DNA from: a virus
IMG/VR virus record: IMGVR_UViG_3300037245_001361
Span: 7,214 to 71,213 of that record
DNA: 64,000 nt
Reading direction: 5' to 3' (one strand)
The notes under the pieces are model-generated. The model ran no database searches. It was not told the DNA's origin and saw only the letters and a program-made list of their open reading frames with translations. Positions 36,001 to 45,700 of this stretch are shown here, piece after piece. The translations under genes were made by a program, and so were the position numbers. Each line of letters starts with the position of its first letter. Positions within the stretch are counted from its first letter, which is position 1.

Positions 36001-38391
36001 TGGAATAGGAGTTTCCTCAACTTCTTCTGTAGTATTTGTTTTAGGAACAATAGTAGGCTCAGGTTTTCCAGTATCGTCAAAAGATATATCCGTTAAATCC
36101 TTACCATCATTTTCGTTTGACTCTAAAGCAGCTATTTCTGTATCATATTTATCGTTAATAACCTTTTCTAAACCTTCAAAAGTTCCGTCAGATTTATAGC
36201 CTTCAGCATAATAAATACTACCAATAGCGGTTTCTTTCGTATCTATTTTAGACAAATCTTCTTCTCTTCTTTTTTCTATATCAATTTCTTCTTTAGTTTT
36301 TAAAGGTTTTGTAGGCGACTTCTTTCTTAATTCAATTTCTTTTTCAATTGCAGAAACCTCAGTTTTTCTAAGTTCTTCTTGAACACTACCTTCTACATCA
36401 GAATCTTTTCTACTTTCTAAAATCTCATCTAATTCAACATCTGTCAAATCTTTATAAGGTCTTTCTAAATCTTCTTTAGGAGATGGAGTTTCTTGTTGCT
36501 CAAATGTTTCATTATTCATTAAAGCACTGATACCTTCTTTATCTACACCATATTTCTCTTTAGCTTCCGCTAAGATTTTTTCTTTTGCAGCTTCATCTTT
36601 CTTAGCAGCAAATAATTTAGGAACAATATTCTGAACAATATCATCCTTATTCTCAATAGCGAAATCAGTTACAGTTCCACCATCTTTAGTCTTATATTCA
36701 TTCCCAAATTCAGTAGCAGTTGGTTCAGCAGCCTTTTTAGAAGTTTCTTTTTTAGCTTGTTTCTCAGCTTTCTTTTGAGCAATCTCAGTAGGATTATAAA
36801 TCTTATCTAATCTTGTATTAACTTCTTCCTCAGTAAGACCTTTCTCTTGAATATCTTTTGTAAGTTTTTCATACTCAGCAATCTTATTCTCGAATTTAGT
36901 TTTGTTTTTACCCTCTGGCTTTTTACTTTCAAATAAAGCATCAAAGTTTTCTTGAACTCTTGCAGCAACTAAATCCATTTTAGATTTCTTTTCCTCAACA
37001 AATTTCTTAGTTGATTCATTTGCGTTCTCAGAAACCTGCTCACTTTCTTTAGCGGCATTAATATCTTTCTTAGTTCTGTCTAATTGAAATAATTGATATT
37101 CAGCCACACCATCATTGATGTCTGTAGCTTTCATATCTGTATGAAACTCAACTAAATTGTCAATATTACTATTGATATTAGCAGCTTGTTCTTCATTAAT
37201 ATCTCCCGATCCAAGCATTTCCTCAACAGAGGATTTCAACTTGTCAATATTTTCAGTCTTCTTAAGTTTTATAGAACTGTTAACATATCCCGATAAGCTT
37301 TCCTCTGCTAAACTTTCTCCTTTTGAAGTTGCTCTATCTAAAGAAACACCCATACCACCACCTAACAGACCACCTATAGCCCCTGCAAATGTAGCTGAAA
37401 CAAATGTTTCATAACTTGTAACATCTGTTCCAAAATGACCTTTATCTTCGCCCTCAGTAACAACATCATATAAATTCTTAGCACCCTCTTCAATGTAAGT
37501 TTGAGAGAACTCTTGTCCCATCTCGATACCCGCAGATTTTATACCCTTATTGAAGGCTCCACCAAACTGTTTTGAATAGTTCTTTAAGAATAATTTCTGT
37601 AGTGCTTTAGGGCTTTTCCCAGCAGCTTCTTTTAAAGTTTTCTTTGCAATCTGTCCTGCAACTCCAGCAGTTAAAGGTTTGGTAGCAATCTTTCCGATAC
37701 TCTCTAATGCAGCACCCTCAGTTAAAGAAACTAATCCCGAAACAGCCAATGCAAATCTTGCTGCATCAACATTATTTAATCCTGCTCTTTTTGCTTCTTT
37801 ATCAATACCCGAATACATCATTGTAGTTCCCGTAAAGAAAGTTCCAATCTTAGATGCAGCATTAACCATCTTACCACTATTACCCAAAGATGAAGCAATT
37901 TTCCCTGCTCCTGCACCTCCAGCCATAATACCCGCAATAAATCCTAAACCTTGACCAATTCCTGTAGCAACGTGAGAAGAGTTAATATCTCCAAACTCAT
38001 TTATTTCCTGAGCATTAGAATCGCTATAAATCATTTTTTGATCATCGAAATAGCTTGAAACATTTTCTTTCCAAGAATTAACGAAATCAAAATCAGCACC
38101 ACTTGCCTGAGCAATGGTAGGAATTAAATTAGCAAGACCTTCTCCAGTATCTAAAACTAAACTATTAGCAAATGCAGAACCTAAATCAGAAAGAAAATTT
38201 TGTTCAAACTCAACATCTTCAACCTCATAATCTTCTTGAAGTCCAGTATCTTCTAATGGTACTTCCTTGCTCATCGTATAGTCTAAATTAGACTTAAACG
38301 AATTAACATCAATACCATTATCAATTGCATACTTTCTTGCAGCTTCTACAGCTTCAGGTCTAACATTTCCTTTAGAATTTTCTTCTGGCAT
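30007..38391 (-). CDS. virion-packaged RNA polymerase (two-barrel type) with N-terminal Gly/Ala-rich and zincin domains
   Basis: VVRIP (RIP at 32131-32139) followed by SDHDGDK (DxDGD at 32011-32025); HEYAH at 35566-35580; 2794 aa in the crAss cargo locus. Confidence 0.85.
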   Translation of the reverse strand: MPEENSKGNVRPEAVEAARKYAIDNGIDVNSFKSNLDYTMSKEVPLEDTGLQEDYEVEDVEFEQNFLSDLGSAFANSLVLDTGEGLANLIPTIAQASGADFDFVNSWKENVSSYFDDQKMIYSDSNAQEINEFGDINSSHVATGIGQGLGFIAGIMAGGAGAGKIASSLGNSGKMVNAASKIGTFFTGTTMMYSGIDKEAKRAGLNNVDAARFALAVSGLVSLTEGAALESIGKIATKPLTAGVAGQIAKKTLKEAAGKSPKALQKLFLKNYSKQFGGAFNKGIKSAGIEMGQEFSQTYIEEGAKNLYDVVTEGEDKGHFGTDVTSYETFVSATFAGAIGGLLGGGMGVSLDRATSKGESLAEESLSGYVNSSIKLKKTENIDKLKSSVEEMLGSGDINEEQAANINSNIDNLVEFHTDMKATDINDGVAEYQLFQLDRTKKDINAAKESEQVSENANESTKKFVEEKKSKMDLVAARVQENFDALFESKKPEGKNKTKFENKIAEYEKLTKDIQEKGLTEEEVNTRLDKIYNPTEIAQKKAEKQAKKETSKKAAEPTATEFGNEYKTKDGGTVTDFAIENKDDIVQNIVPKLFAAKKDEAAKEKILAEAKEKYGVDKEGISALMNNETFEQQETPSPKEDLERPYKDLTDVELDEILESRKDSDVEGSVQEELRKTEVSAIEKEIELRKKSPTKPLKTKEEIDIEKRREEDLSKIDTKETAIGSIYYAEGYKSDGTFEGLEKVINDKYDTEIAALESNENDGKDLTDISFDDTGKPEPTIVPKTNTTEEVEETPIPSTELSNEDIQEELAETEVTEARKSELIAEQVKRAEVAEKNSTEQESKKKTDLISFLDGFNVEQRERSEKKPNDELYDNSLVRDNPELYTKIKNHFGKIFPNLSVKEVSDLGSKYGAKILARIVDGGIEINKNEAIQSSLIHEYAHVYLEILGDNHPLVKAGYEMIEGTQFDLDAIALYPDKTRKEQLNEALTEALAQDSLSKLKVKFEGSALEKFKEFAKRFWNKIKRFFSKSKSRDIVGILTDGLILKNKPYSVGIAALSGMNKNQRKADVNPRFLKTVDLVSSSLMKQQIDNITDKKFYFDRKNKEDLIIASVGVLMKRYNAEKEGNLKVSDDLVFDGIDMGNTDLTYENILSFADNLKKNQNDIYQVVDRVVNSMMNTNLEISEEEINEDQNQDVDGTPDSENNSVKASKKINSSVRAILGMIVDANGYKMNADLIYQYISNASQKTYKQRGLAVQMKADADADNIIAKRLITIISKLDKGQKAGVVKTLSSLIQVQYEGSNIYRQENEDGSYTYRLTNHLKNKDKNLGQVKLNFDSWKGTQDGVFFSEMFDKGYQAKIKRRDMADLKPLMEVLSKLYGLDINATNINGIIDSFGTATKTSDEDFFTSLAGKYHSFSSYFNGQNQAKEETVWSGTSGKKDGISGWATKIYEGATDESLVQNTFLNGSGNTVSSTQTGHWISELNSMFENEKESKRIETMQKSIVYENNSVLEYFKKKGKVNYVKHDSMKNLNTLENAEYSQQNKNDYSLNQLFKFATNTASEYYKQTLGVMSNRDSVLMFDVPTYTATQLDTEYKKQAASLEKLLKQKMKGLTTEQKEQMRKDFNNLYIHQADANGIVTPGNQLKKKYEGDIQEIKDLLSDNGLTDAFSQTKVGKGKKYSTIDEMVDDYFYTEALNRTYLNDIYGGSALHFSNPNSSKRAVEQAVKRLSGPSSNGEIIELDRPVMMVYYDGGKPDGDNFVGDSFAFNGTELSKKLQEMSGSLDPMGINSKDQVYQVDPTTGKSLYLKRSTLNVMNTENGTNLDGMGEGYANVAKLIKNIEKQHTKDGVVPYVMIMDDSATKGSEQPSNVYNLEELMKQGEAQTLPNFESVKLDNYRVLFNLNKTLKHPSEQSAIFSTQAANIQFNNASQSDIDSYDDAVVNYLKSNLRNSRTMEKLLSYNSTIREFVKDLEDREKTSTSELLKAVEAWNNNPSNAGNLIESFDDPSLRMIYEQFVSSRLTKKGIKLDMAGNFMHQLPDMQNGENKLHGFEVAVSYKMFADKLSDAKEMLAEAQRNGKKLEVAVVRIPASAEMSMFAGEVKYFLDTDASVVTLSDKFVHISDSDHDGDKAMVYRKEINEDGTFNKFSPKTRLFNEFYKNISKPQFVQNSLENTLDFKDLRKVLTDVLGEDSGSYSLSTVNDMVDIATKMKMGADATGRFAIAGKMMAYLSQAKEKLNTPIKFGVDDQGKAIELQEFNNNSLDKLAVFLQAALDIGNDPILPMTGINGTTIDVGNAMLLLGVDDKPIIEFLTSEPILEMVEAFDNQNLLLKDGKKISFNQFFKKNYPADVQHSEEIEKYREFKEVSDGLAKVISYIQLDKGLPNNADLNAQLLQGIKEFGELPFSTDSLVKRASNQYRVSVAEKQKSIYEQNLLTANPEINNVVEKLAEKSTNAFEFKKRFKEQMMMSIAQKQVSKQRDNVEKFIGDFSNRMKSIYDAVVLGKSDSAVSQSTMNLINQIDNVSTVEEQEAILDSNAKGYNTTVDLLKSDIEEARIKIHQSQSVDKFNDNAFFENLEFRELTKGSEEVIVSLSPKFKATDETMKNFQEGFKEIQKLDPQLAKEIIDYQLYRYGTNNKIGSFIDGLPMDIRTKALLEATKIKKSISEMNLMQEADELIDPITGDIMEMKREEESSFNQKYKDQLRDNLAGANADLIKKITYQKNISKMFPNGDLELNITEDYVNYEDVVYKHKGRNIFTKLPGFESNANFTSYNIADVNTSTQEEIDEIKKCINGKVS

Positions 38392-38406
38392 ATTTGTAAG
38401 TTCTAA

Positions 38407-39912
38407 TTATTCTGACAACCCAATCATAGCTTCTTGAATAGAAACTCCTGTTGCATCAGCAACTTGTTTAGCTTGCATGTATAAATTAATATGATAATCT
38501 TGCTCCGTTGCACTTGCAGCCGTAGCATCTTGCTTGTTGGTAATGTTTCTATATTTATTTACTTCATCTCTAATTAAAGGATCTTGAATTTGTCTTTCGA
38601 TAGGAATTAGAACTTCTCCACGATAAACATCTCGACCTTGTAATTCCTCACTTCTAATTCCAAAATCTTCTGCATTTCCATACTGCCATTGATTTCCAGC
38701 ATCCTTAGAAGTTTTATTAGAACCTAAAAATCCTTCGTCAATTGGAGTATTATCATCAGAATTATCAGCATCAAAAATTGCACTGGCTACAAGGTATCTT
38801 GTAGGTTTTCCATTCTTATCTTTTCGAGAAACATAACGATTCCCAATACTATAAGATAATGCTTTTGATAAATCATATTCTTTTCCAGTTTGAGCATCAA
38901 TACCACCAAGAGAAAGTGGAGATTTTTCAATACCAGTCTTTTCATCAAAATTCATTCTTAAATTCTTCCTCCAAAAATCAGCATCTTTATTACCCATCGG
39001 CATTTCTTTCCCATCACCCAATCTTGTAAGCTGAGGTATTAACTGATTTAAAACCATTGTTCCACCAGAAGATTTACGACCACTCCCTTTGCCTTGTGCC
39101 GCAGCTACTTTAGCATCAAGTAAAGCTTTTTCTTCTTGAGATTTATTACCCCACTTCCAAGACTGTCCACCTGCATTAACTCTATCAACATAAGAATCAG
39201 CTAAAGCGTTAGCCTGTTCCTCAGAAGCTCCGTTCTGCATAGCTTCAAATACCACATTGGATGCAGTAACAACATTGTCTTTTGAATAAGGTTTGCTTGG
39301 GTCTTTAGGTCTTGCTAAGAATCTGAAAGGATCCATCTTAACTCTTTTCTCAGAACCATTGTAATTAATCTTACTTATTTTACCTGCTCTGAATAAAGCC
39401 ATTTGGTCATCAAAAGTCATCTTTTGAATAGTCGTTGTAGGCTGTCCGTTTTCATCAACAGATGGAGCCTCAACACCAACCTTACTGAAGAATCTATCTC
39501 CTTTAGCTGCATCAGTTAAATATGCTTGAAGTTGAGCTTTATTATTAATAGACTGCTTAACTTCTTCCGAGTTTAATACTGCGTTTTTATACGCACCTAA
39601 TTCGGTGATACCACCAGAACTCATATACCTTTTTAAATCTCCACCGTATTTTGCAATACCTTTAACAATGTTTGTTCGTGAATCTTTTTCTACTTGCTTA
39701 ACTCTTTCTTGGTCTTCGGGAAGAACGTCCATGTTCTGCATATCCTCGAAGTACTTATTGATTTCAGCCTCAGCTTTCATAGATTGCTGTTGAGCAACCT
39801 CAGCATCGTTAGCATTAGCTTGTGCTATCTGCAAGTTCATAGCCTTATCTTGCCTACGTTGTTTCCAATTGTCGGTACCTCTTAAAGCACTATATAATCC
39901 CCAATCTGCCAT
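38407..39912 (-). CDS. virion cargo/ejection protein
   Basis: 501 aa, helical and charged, adjacent to the RNAP. Confidence 0.6.
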   Translation of the reverse strand: MADWGLYSALRGTDNWKQRRQDKAMNLQIAQANANDAEVAQQQSMKAEAEINKYFEDMQNMDVLPEDQERVKQVEKDSRTNIVKGIAKYGGDLKRYMSSGGITELGAYKNAVLNSEEVKQSINNKAQLQAYLTDAAKGDRFFSKVGVEAPSVDENGQPTTTIQKMTFDDQMALFRAGKISKINYNGSEKRVKMDPFRFLARPKDPSKPYSKDNVVTASNVVFEAMQNGASEEQANALADSYVDRVNAGGQSWKWGNKSQEEKALLDAKVAAAQGKGSGRKSSGGTMVLNQLIPQLTRLGDGKEMPMGNKDADFWRKNLRMNFDEKTGIEKSPLSLGGIDAQTGKEYDLSKALSYSIGNRYVSRKDKNGKPTRYLVASAIFDADNSDDNTPIDEGFLGSNKTSKDAGNQWQYGNAEDFGIRSEELQGRDVYRGEVLIPIERQIQDPLIRDEVNKYRNITNKQDATAASATEQDYHINLYMQAKQVADATGVSIQEAMIGLSE

Positions 39913-39916
39913 TGTG

Positions 39917-39924
39917 TAAATATA
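39917..39924 (-). promoter_or_regulatory. -7-like box TATATTTA, 4 nt before ATG
   Basis: TATATTTA-CACA-ATG. Confidence 0.4.
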
Positions 39925-39929
39925 TTAAA

Positions 39930-41963
39930 TTATAATTTTATACCGTCAAGTTCTGCTGATAGTTTATTAAACTCTGGATTATCAGGATCCATTGCTTCCA
40001 TTTTTCTTAAAATATCATCAGCTCTTTGTTTCTTAGAACTAACTTTAGGCTTCAATAAACTTTTTCTCTTTGGTTCTTCAACTAAATCTGTAGTAGTACT
40101 TTTAAACGTAGAACTACCCTTATGTAATTTACCATCTTGATAAGTAGCTGTTCCTTGTTTTTCGGGAGAAACATCTGCATCTTTAAATAAAGATTTTCTA
40201 ACCTCCTTATCTTTATTAGTTCCTGTAGTTTCAATAGTTTCTCTATCAGCAATTCCTTTAGAAGCTTTATCTATTCTTGATTGAATCTCAGCTTTTTGGT
40301 CATAGACTCTACTTCGATTACCTTTCTCTAAATCGCGCATAATCATATTTTCTTTTCTGTCCAATGTCTTAGCTCTCTCATAATAAAGACTTCCTTTACC
40401 ATATTGTTTTTCAAAATCTCCACGCTCACGAATGTTATTTATAGCATCTTGAACTAATCCTGCTCCTGCCTGTTTAGTCATTTCAGTTTGACGTAAATCA
40501 TCTTGGAATATCTGACGATTAATTTGCTCATCTTGTAAAGCCATAGTTCTAAAAGCACCTTGATTTCCTCTACGAACAGCTTCATCTGTAGCAGCTATCT
40601 TTTCATACTCTCCTTGAAGTTGTCCAGTAGCTCTACCTAAGTTACCTAAAGCAACTCCTGCACTTCCTCCTGCTAATCTTCGGATATTCTTAACATCGTA
40701 AGCATAACCTCTCTCAGCCATTCTTTTTCTAACATTAGTTTCATCTTCGGATAAACCATCATTCTTCATTCTTTGAGCATCACCCATAGCTTCATTGAAC
40801 ATAGAACCTCTTGAATACTCAGGAATTTCTTCATTCGCACCAATCATTCCAACAATACCTCTACCTGCATCAATAAGATTATCCAAACCATTACCACTAC
40901 CCTCTCTATCGGGAGCATAGTCGTGAACAAATTGGTCTTGTTCTATATTTCTTAAATCATCCATTTCTTGATTGGCTTTCTTTAAGGCAAGGTCATAATC
41001 TTCTTCTTCTTTAGAAGTTCCACCAATAGGAGGCTGACCATCTGATTCAGATTTACCACCTCTATCTTCAACACCTGGAATAGTTTCTGTTTCAGTTCTC
41101 GATACACCACCACCATTAGGGTCTTCCATTGGATTGTATGGAGGTTGTTCGGGAAGATTGTTTTGTTCTTGATTTTTAACCTCGTCATCCTTAGCTAAAT
41201 ATTCCCCTGCTTTTTTATTTAAAAAATCATAATCCCAATCATTTCGAGCCTCAAAGTCACCCCCCGATTTTGTCCCATCTTCATTTTCTGTAACCCTATT
41301 TCTGTAAGCATCGTATTTACCACTACGATTACTGAAATCAGCCCTTTCCTTATTAAATAAATCAGACTCTCCCTTTATTGACTTTATTAATTCTAAATCT
41401 CTATTCTTAACAGCCTCGTCAAGCCTTCCTTTTATTTCAGAAGCTTTACCATCCTCTATTGATTTAACAATTACAAGTGACTGATTATTTGTTTCCTTTT
41501 TCTTTCTTAGATAATCTGCATATTCTTTAGAATTTTTATCAGGGTCTTCATTTAAAAGCTCATATATTTCTATGTCTTTTTTGTTTTCTGAATATTTTTT
41601 CTTTAACAAATCTATTTTATCCGTTTTTGACATAACTCTTGTATTAGTATTGTAATTGACAGCTTTAGCAATATCTTTATTGCTACCTAAAGTCTTTTTA
41701 TATTCTGAAACCAATGCCTTATCACTACTCTTTAAAATAGCATTAGAAGATAATTTAAGTTTATCTTTCTGTTTTTGTATTTTTTTATTAATCTCTTTTT
41801 TATACGCAGCACTCTTTTCTGGAGTATCATATTTAGCTCTTGCAGAATTTAATTCAGCAGTTAATTTATCAAGCTCTTGTTTCTCTCTATATATCATAGA
41901 GATTTTGTTGGATCTCTCTATAGACTTTTTAGCTTCTAAATCCTCTTTACTTAACTCAGCCAT
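39930..41963 (-). CDS. virion cargo/ejection protein
   Basis: 677 aa, coiled coil with AGGSAGVALGNLG segment. Confidence 0.6.
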   Translation of the reverse strand: MAELSKEDLEAKKSIERSNKISMIYREKQELDKLTAELNSARAKYDTPEKSAAYKKEINKKIQKQKDKLKLSSNAILKSSDKALVSEYKKTLGSNKDIAKAVNYNTNTRVMSKTDKIDLLKKKYSENKKDIEIYELLNEDPDKNSKEYADYLRKKKETNNQSLVIVKSIEDGKASEIKGRLDEAVKNRDLELIKSIKGESDLFNKERADFSNRSGKYDAYRNRVTENEDGTKSGGDFEARNDWDYDFLNKKAGEYLAKDDEVKNQEQNNLPEQPPYNPMEDPNGGGVSRTETETIPGVEDRGGKSESDGQPPIGGTSKEEEDYDLALKKANQEMDDLRNIEQDQFVHDYAPDREGSGNGLDNLIDAGRGIVGMIGANEEIPEYSRGSMFNEAMGDAQRMKNDGLSEDETNVRKRMAERGYAYDVKNIRRLAGGSAGVALGNLGRATGQLQGEYEKIAATDEAVRRGNQGAFRTMALQDEQINRQIFQDDLRQTEMTKQAGAGLVQDAINNIRERGDFEKQYGKGSLYYERAKTLDRKENMIMRDLEKGNRSRVYDQKAEIQSRIDKASKGIADRETIETTGTNKDKEVRKSLFKDADVSPEKQGTATYQDGKLHKGSSTFKSTTTDLVEEPKRKSLLKPKVSSKKQRADDILRKMEAMDPDNPEFNKLSAELDGIKL

Positions 41964-41966
41964 ATC

Positions 41967-42740
41967 TTAATACAAATTTGAAATATTGTTATTGTTTTCT
42001 TTTCTTGTCATCAAGCTATTTCTTTTCTTTTTCAAGCCTTTATTATATTGGTCTTGACCTTGAACAACAGAAGCAATATCTCCTGCTATAGCTAAACCTT
42101 GATTTGCTACACCAAGACCTTTAGAAAGACCTGCCATCTTACCTCCTTGTAAAAACCCCTTCTTCTGAGCAATGTCATTAACACCTCCTGCTGCACCCAT
42201 AAAATCAGCCTCAGTAGAATAGTTATCAACGTCATCAACACCAAACTTCTCAACTGCATCTGACTTAGCTACAGAATCATCCAAAGCAGCACTTGCACTT
42301 TCCATTGCAGCACTATTACCTTGAACACCATCAACTAAAGCAGAACCAGTCTTCTCAAAAGCTTGTGTAGTACTAACAGCATCATTTACTTTTTGAGCCT
42401 TACTAAACAGACCTGCGGCCTTAGTTCCTGCTCCGAATAATTTTCCTGCAGGAATTAAACTTGCAGCAGTTTTAACATTATTTAATGTGTTTGAAATCAT
42501 CTGACCTCTCTGACTTTCAATAACTCCTGAAGCATCAGTATCTTTCGATAAGGCTTCTCCTGCAACGTGACTTAAAGGATTTAAAGCTAATGCGGGATTA
42601 AATTTACCCCAAGCATTTCTTGTACCATCAGAATTATACCCGATTGCTGACATCGCTCCTTTCTTCCAGCCAGTAACACCTTTAAACATTTTTGGTTGTA
42701 GTTGTGTATTCAGCTCTTGTTGTCTTTCAAATATTGCCAT
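41967..42740 (-). CDS. Gly/Ala-rich ejection (pilot-like) protein
   Basis: Gly/Ala-rich amphipathic segments, immediately after the muzzle gene. Confidence 0.55.
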   Translation of the reverse strand: MAIFERQQELNTQLQPKMFKGVTGWKKGAMSAIGYNSDGTRNAWGKFNPALALNPLSHVAGEALSKDTDASGVIESQRGQMISNTLNNVKTAASLIPAGKLFGAGTKAAGLFSKAQKVNDAVSTTQAFEKTGSALVDGVQGNSAAMESASAALDDSVAKSDAVEKFGVDDVDNYSTEADFMGAAGGVNDIAQKKGFLQGGKMAGLSKGLGVANQGLAIAGDIASVVQGQDQYNKGLKKKRNSLMTRKENNNNISNLY

Positions 42741-42742
42741 AA

Positions 42743-45700
42743 TTACATTCTGTTTGATGGTCTGTAATGAGTTACTAAATTAGTAATTCTATCATTATAT
42801 TCCTGATTATTTTTTAATTCAAAGGTCATAAGCATGTGCTTACCTCTCATTCTATCTTTTTGAGTTTTAGACCTTAAAGGAAATCTTAAAATATCTTCTA
42901 AGTATTTCTTTCGGTTATCACTTGCCATATCAATAAAATGAAACTGAGAATCAGTATTCATTAAAAAAGTATTTAAGTGATCACTAAAATCTTTATTACA
43001 ATTAACTCTTAAAGAATCAAATGCTTTCGCAATCATCTGAGCTTCATTTACCGAAATTTCTAAAACAGATTTGTTAGAGAAAGATGGGAAATCAGATTTC
43101 TTACCCATATCGTGAACAAGAATTTCATTGTCAGCAGAATATCCCGTATAAGAATCATTTGATAATACCAAAAACTTAGTACTTATATAATGAGATGGCT
43201 TATAAGAATGAAACCCAGAAAAGAAATTTCCAATTTCACTATAAGTAATAGTATTTACTTCGGGAGTTACATCATTGTTTTCAACTTCTGCATAAGACCA
43301 AGCATCTTCAATACTGTGTCTCCAAAATTTATAATACTTTTCATTCTCTAAAGAAGCCAATAAAGTATTAACACCTGCATCGTGATTGAAAACATTAACA
43401 TCTCCACCTTTAATTTTTAAATAGAAAATGAAGTTTTCGTTAACACCAATAGATTGATTTCCAACAGGAAGCAATATTCCATTATTAGGTTGCAAATCAT
43501 AATCCCAAGCTATTATTGCTGTTTGATTATGCTCAACAACACCACTAACATAGGCTTTTCCTTGACCAGTTCTTGACCTTATGACAATATCTGTATTTAC
43601 ATTTGGAGTAGATATTCTTCTATCTCTAACAAACGTAAACAAAGCTTCGTTATTTCCGTAATCAAAAGTTCCATGAATACCATTTCCATTAGCAGGACTA
43701 TCGTGGTCCTCAAACAATGGTAACTCATATTCTAAAAATTGATGAACACCTTTTATATCAGACAATGGATTTTTTCCATCTTGTGCAAACTTCATTATCT
43801 TTCTCTTGTTCACATCAATCCAATAAGCTGCGGTATCTGACTTGAATAAACTCCATTGATGTTGATTACCATATTCAGTAGAAACGTAATCTACACCATC
43901 TAATTTATCCCCTATACCCGTACTTAAAGTTCCTCCTTGTTGAGATTCAAGTAATGCTCTATCTGAAGCTCTTAATCTTCCAAATGCTCCAATCTGCCAA
44001 GAGTAAATTTGATTCATTAAATATAATGAACTTGTTATTTCTCCGTAGGATCCGTTCAAATCTTTAAAGTCATTTACTTGAAATAGTCTCCAATTATCTA
44101 CAGTATCTCCATAAACTTTCTCTCTCGTATATCTCCATCTTACTGGATATAAAGTATTGTCAATAAAATTTAAAGGTTTAGGATTGAAAAACAATAACAG
44201 TTCTTCAAAAGCTAATACAGAATTTAAATCAAATTCCTCAACCAAAGAAGAAACACCACTATACAAACCTCTATTTAGATGACTGTATTGAGCACCAAAC
44301 CATTTAGGACCTATATTATCAAAAGTAGCAGAAGGCTTACTTGGTGCCTCTCTTAATGCGTGGTTAAACTCATATTCAAAAGGGAATACACAACCAACAG
44401 AGAAAGCATTTTTATCTTTATCTTCTGTATCTTCAGTGTACTGAGGATATAATCTTAAAAAACTATGGTAATCTAAATAACAATCTCCACCAAAAACTTC
44501 AATACCATTAAATATTAAATCACTTGGCATTCCTTGAGCATTAAAAGTTAAATTATTTATAGGCTGAAAATGTCCAGTACCTATAAAAATAGATTGCTCT
44601 AAAGAACTTAATGTTAATCCACCGTAAGGATTTGGATTTGGTCTTCTATAATTAGCTATAAAACTACCACCTCTACCAAATTGGTTATTCATAGAACCAC
44701 CATCATCATTAAAAGCTCTATTAGGACCAGATGAATTATAAAATGGAGCATAAACACCATTTGTAGGACTGTTTCTATTACCATTGAAATTACCGTGCTT
44801 TAGAAAAATAGAATTACTCTTTCCATGCGCATCTTGGTCTTCGCCTCCTGTTTGATTTTGAATCTGACAATTGTTATTTAATCGAGTAGTTAAATCCCAA
44901 TCAGGAATAAAATCTCCTAAACCAACCTTGTCAGCAAAATCAATACTTCCCAACTCAGCCATATACTGAGGATAAGGATCTGCAGAACCCGAAGCTTCAT
45001 TAGTTAAATCTCCATTATGGAAATTATTCTTTGAATAATAAAACTTACTATAGTGTCTCCAAGAACCAATTGCTTTCCAAGCATCTTCATCCCAACAACC
45101 ACCAACTAAAGTCATCTTATCTTGTGTCTGTAGAGATGGGAAGTTAGTACTGCCAAAATCAATAGCAGGTGCATAAAAAACAGAAACATTAGACCTCATC
45201 CTATATCTTTCATTAGGACTTGCGTGAGTTTCAAAAGGAATATCACCCCCTCCTGGCTTCTCAATGTTTGCTATTCCCGAAGTAGGAATTGGAATGTGAG
45301 GATATGGTTGATTGAAATCAGCTATTCTCTGAGCAGTAGTAGGATTAGGCTCTATAATAGAACCATCTTTATCATCAACAATACTAACACAAGGCATTAT
45401 TAAACCCTGCAATAAAATACTTGAATCTCTTTTTACCCTTACAATTTTAAATCCTCCTGCCAAATTACCAAGAGATGAAAGGTCAATACCACTAAATTCT
45501 ACTCCCATTATTTTAATATGGGAAACTTGTCTTAGATTCTCAGATTGAGAACCAGGAGTATTTCCAACATCTCCAACAAGAACTTTATTATCTCTCAATG
45601 ATACATCATTGAAATTATTAGTAGGCCAAGCTTTTTGAGGAAGAACACCGTTATCACTAACTATCCCCCCATCAGCCTTAACTCTATTCCAACTGTAAAT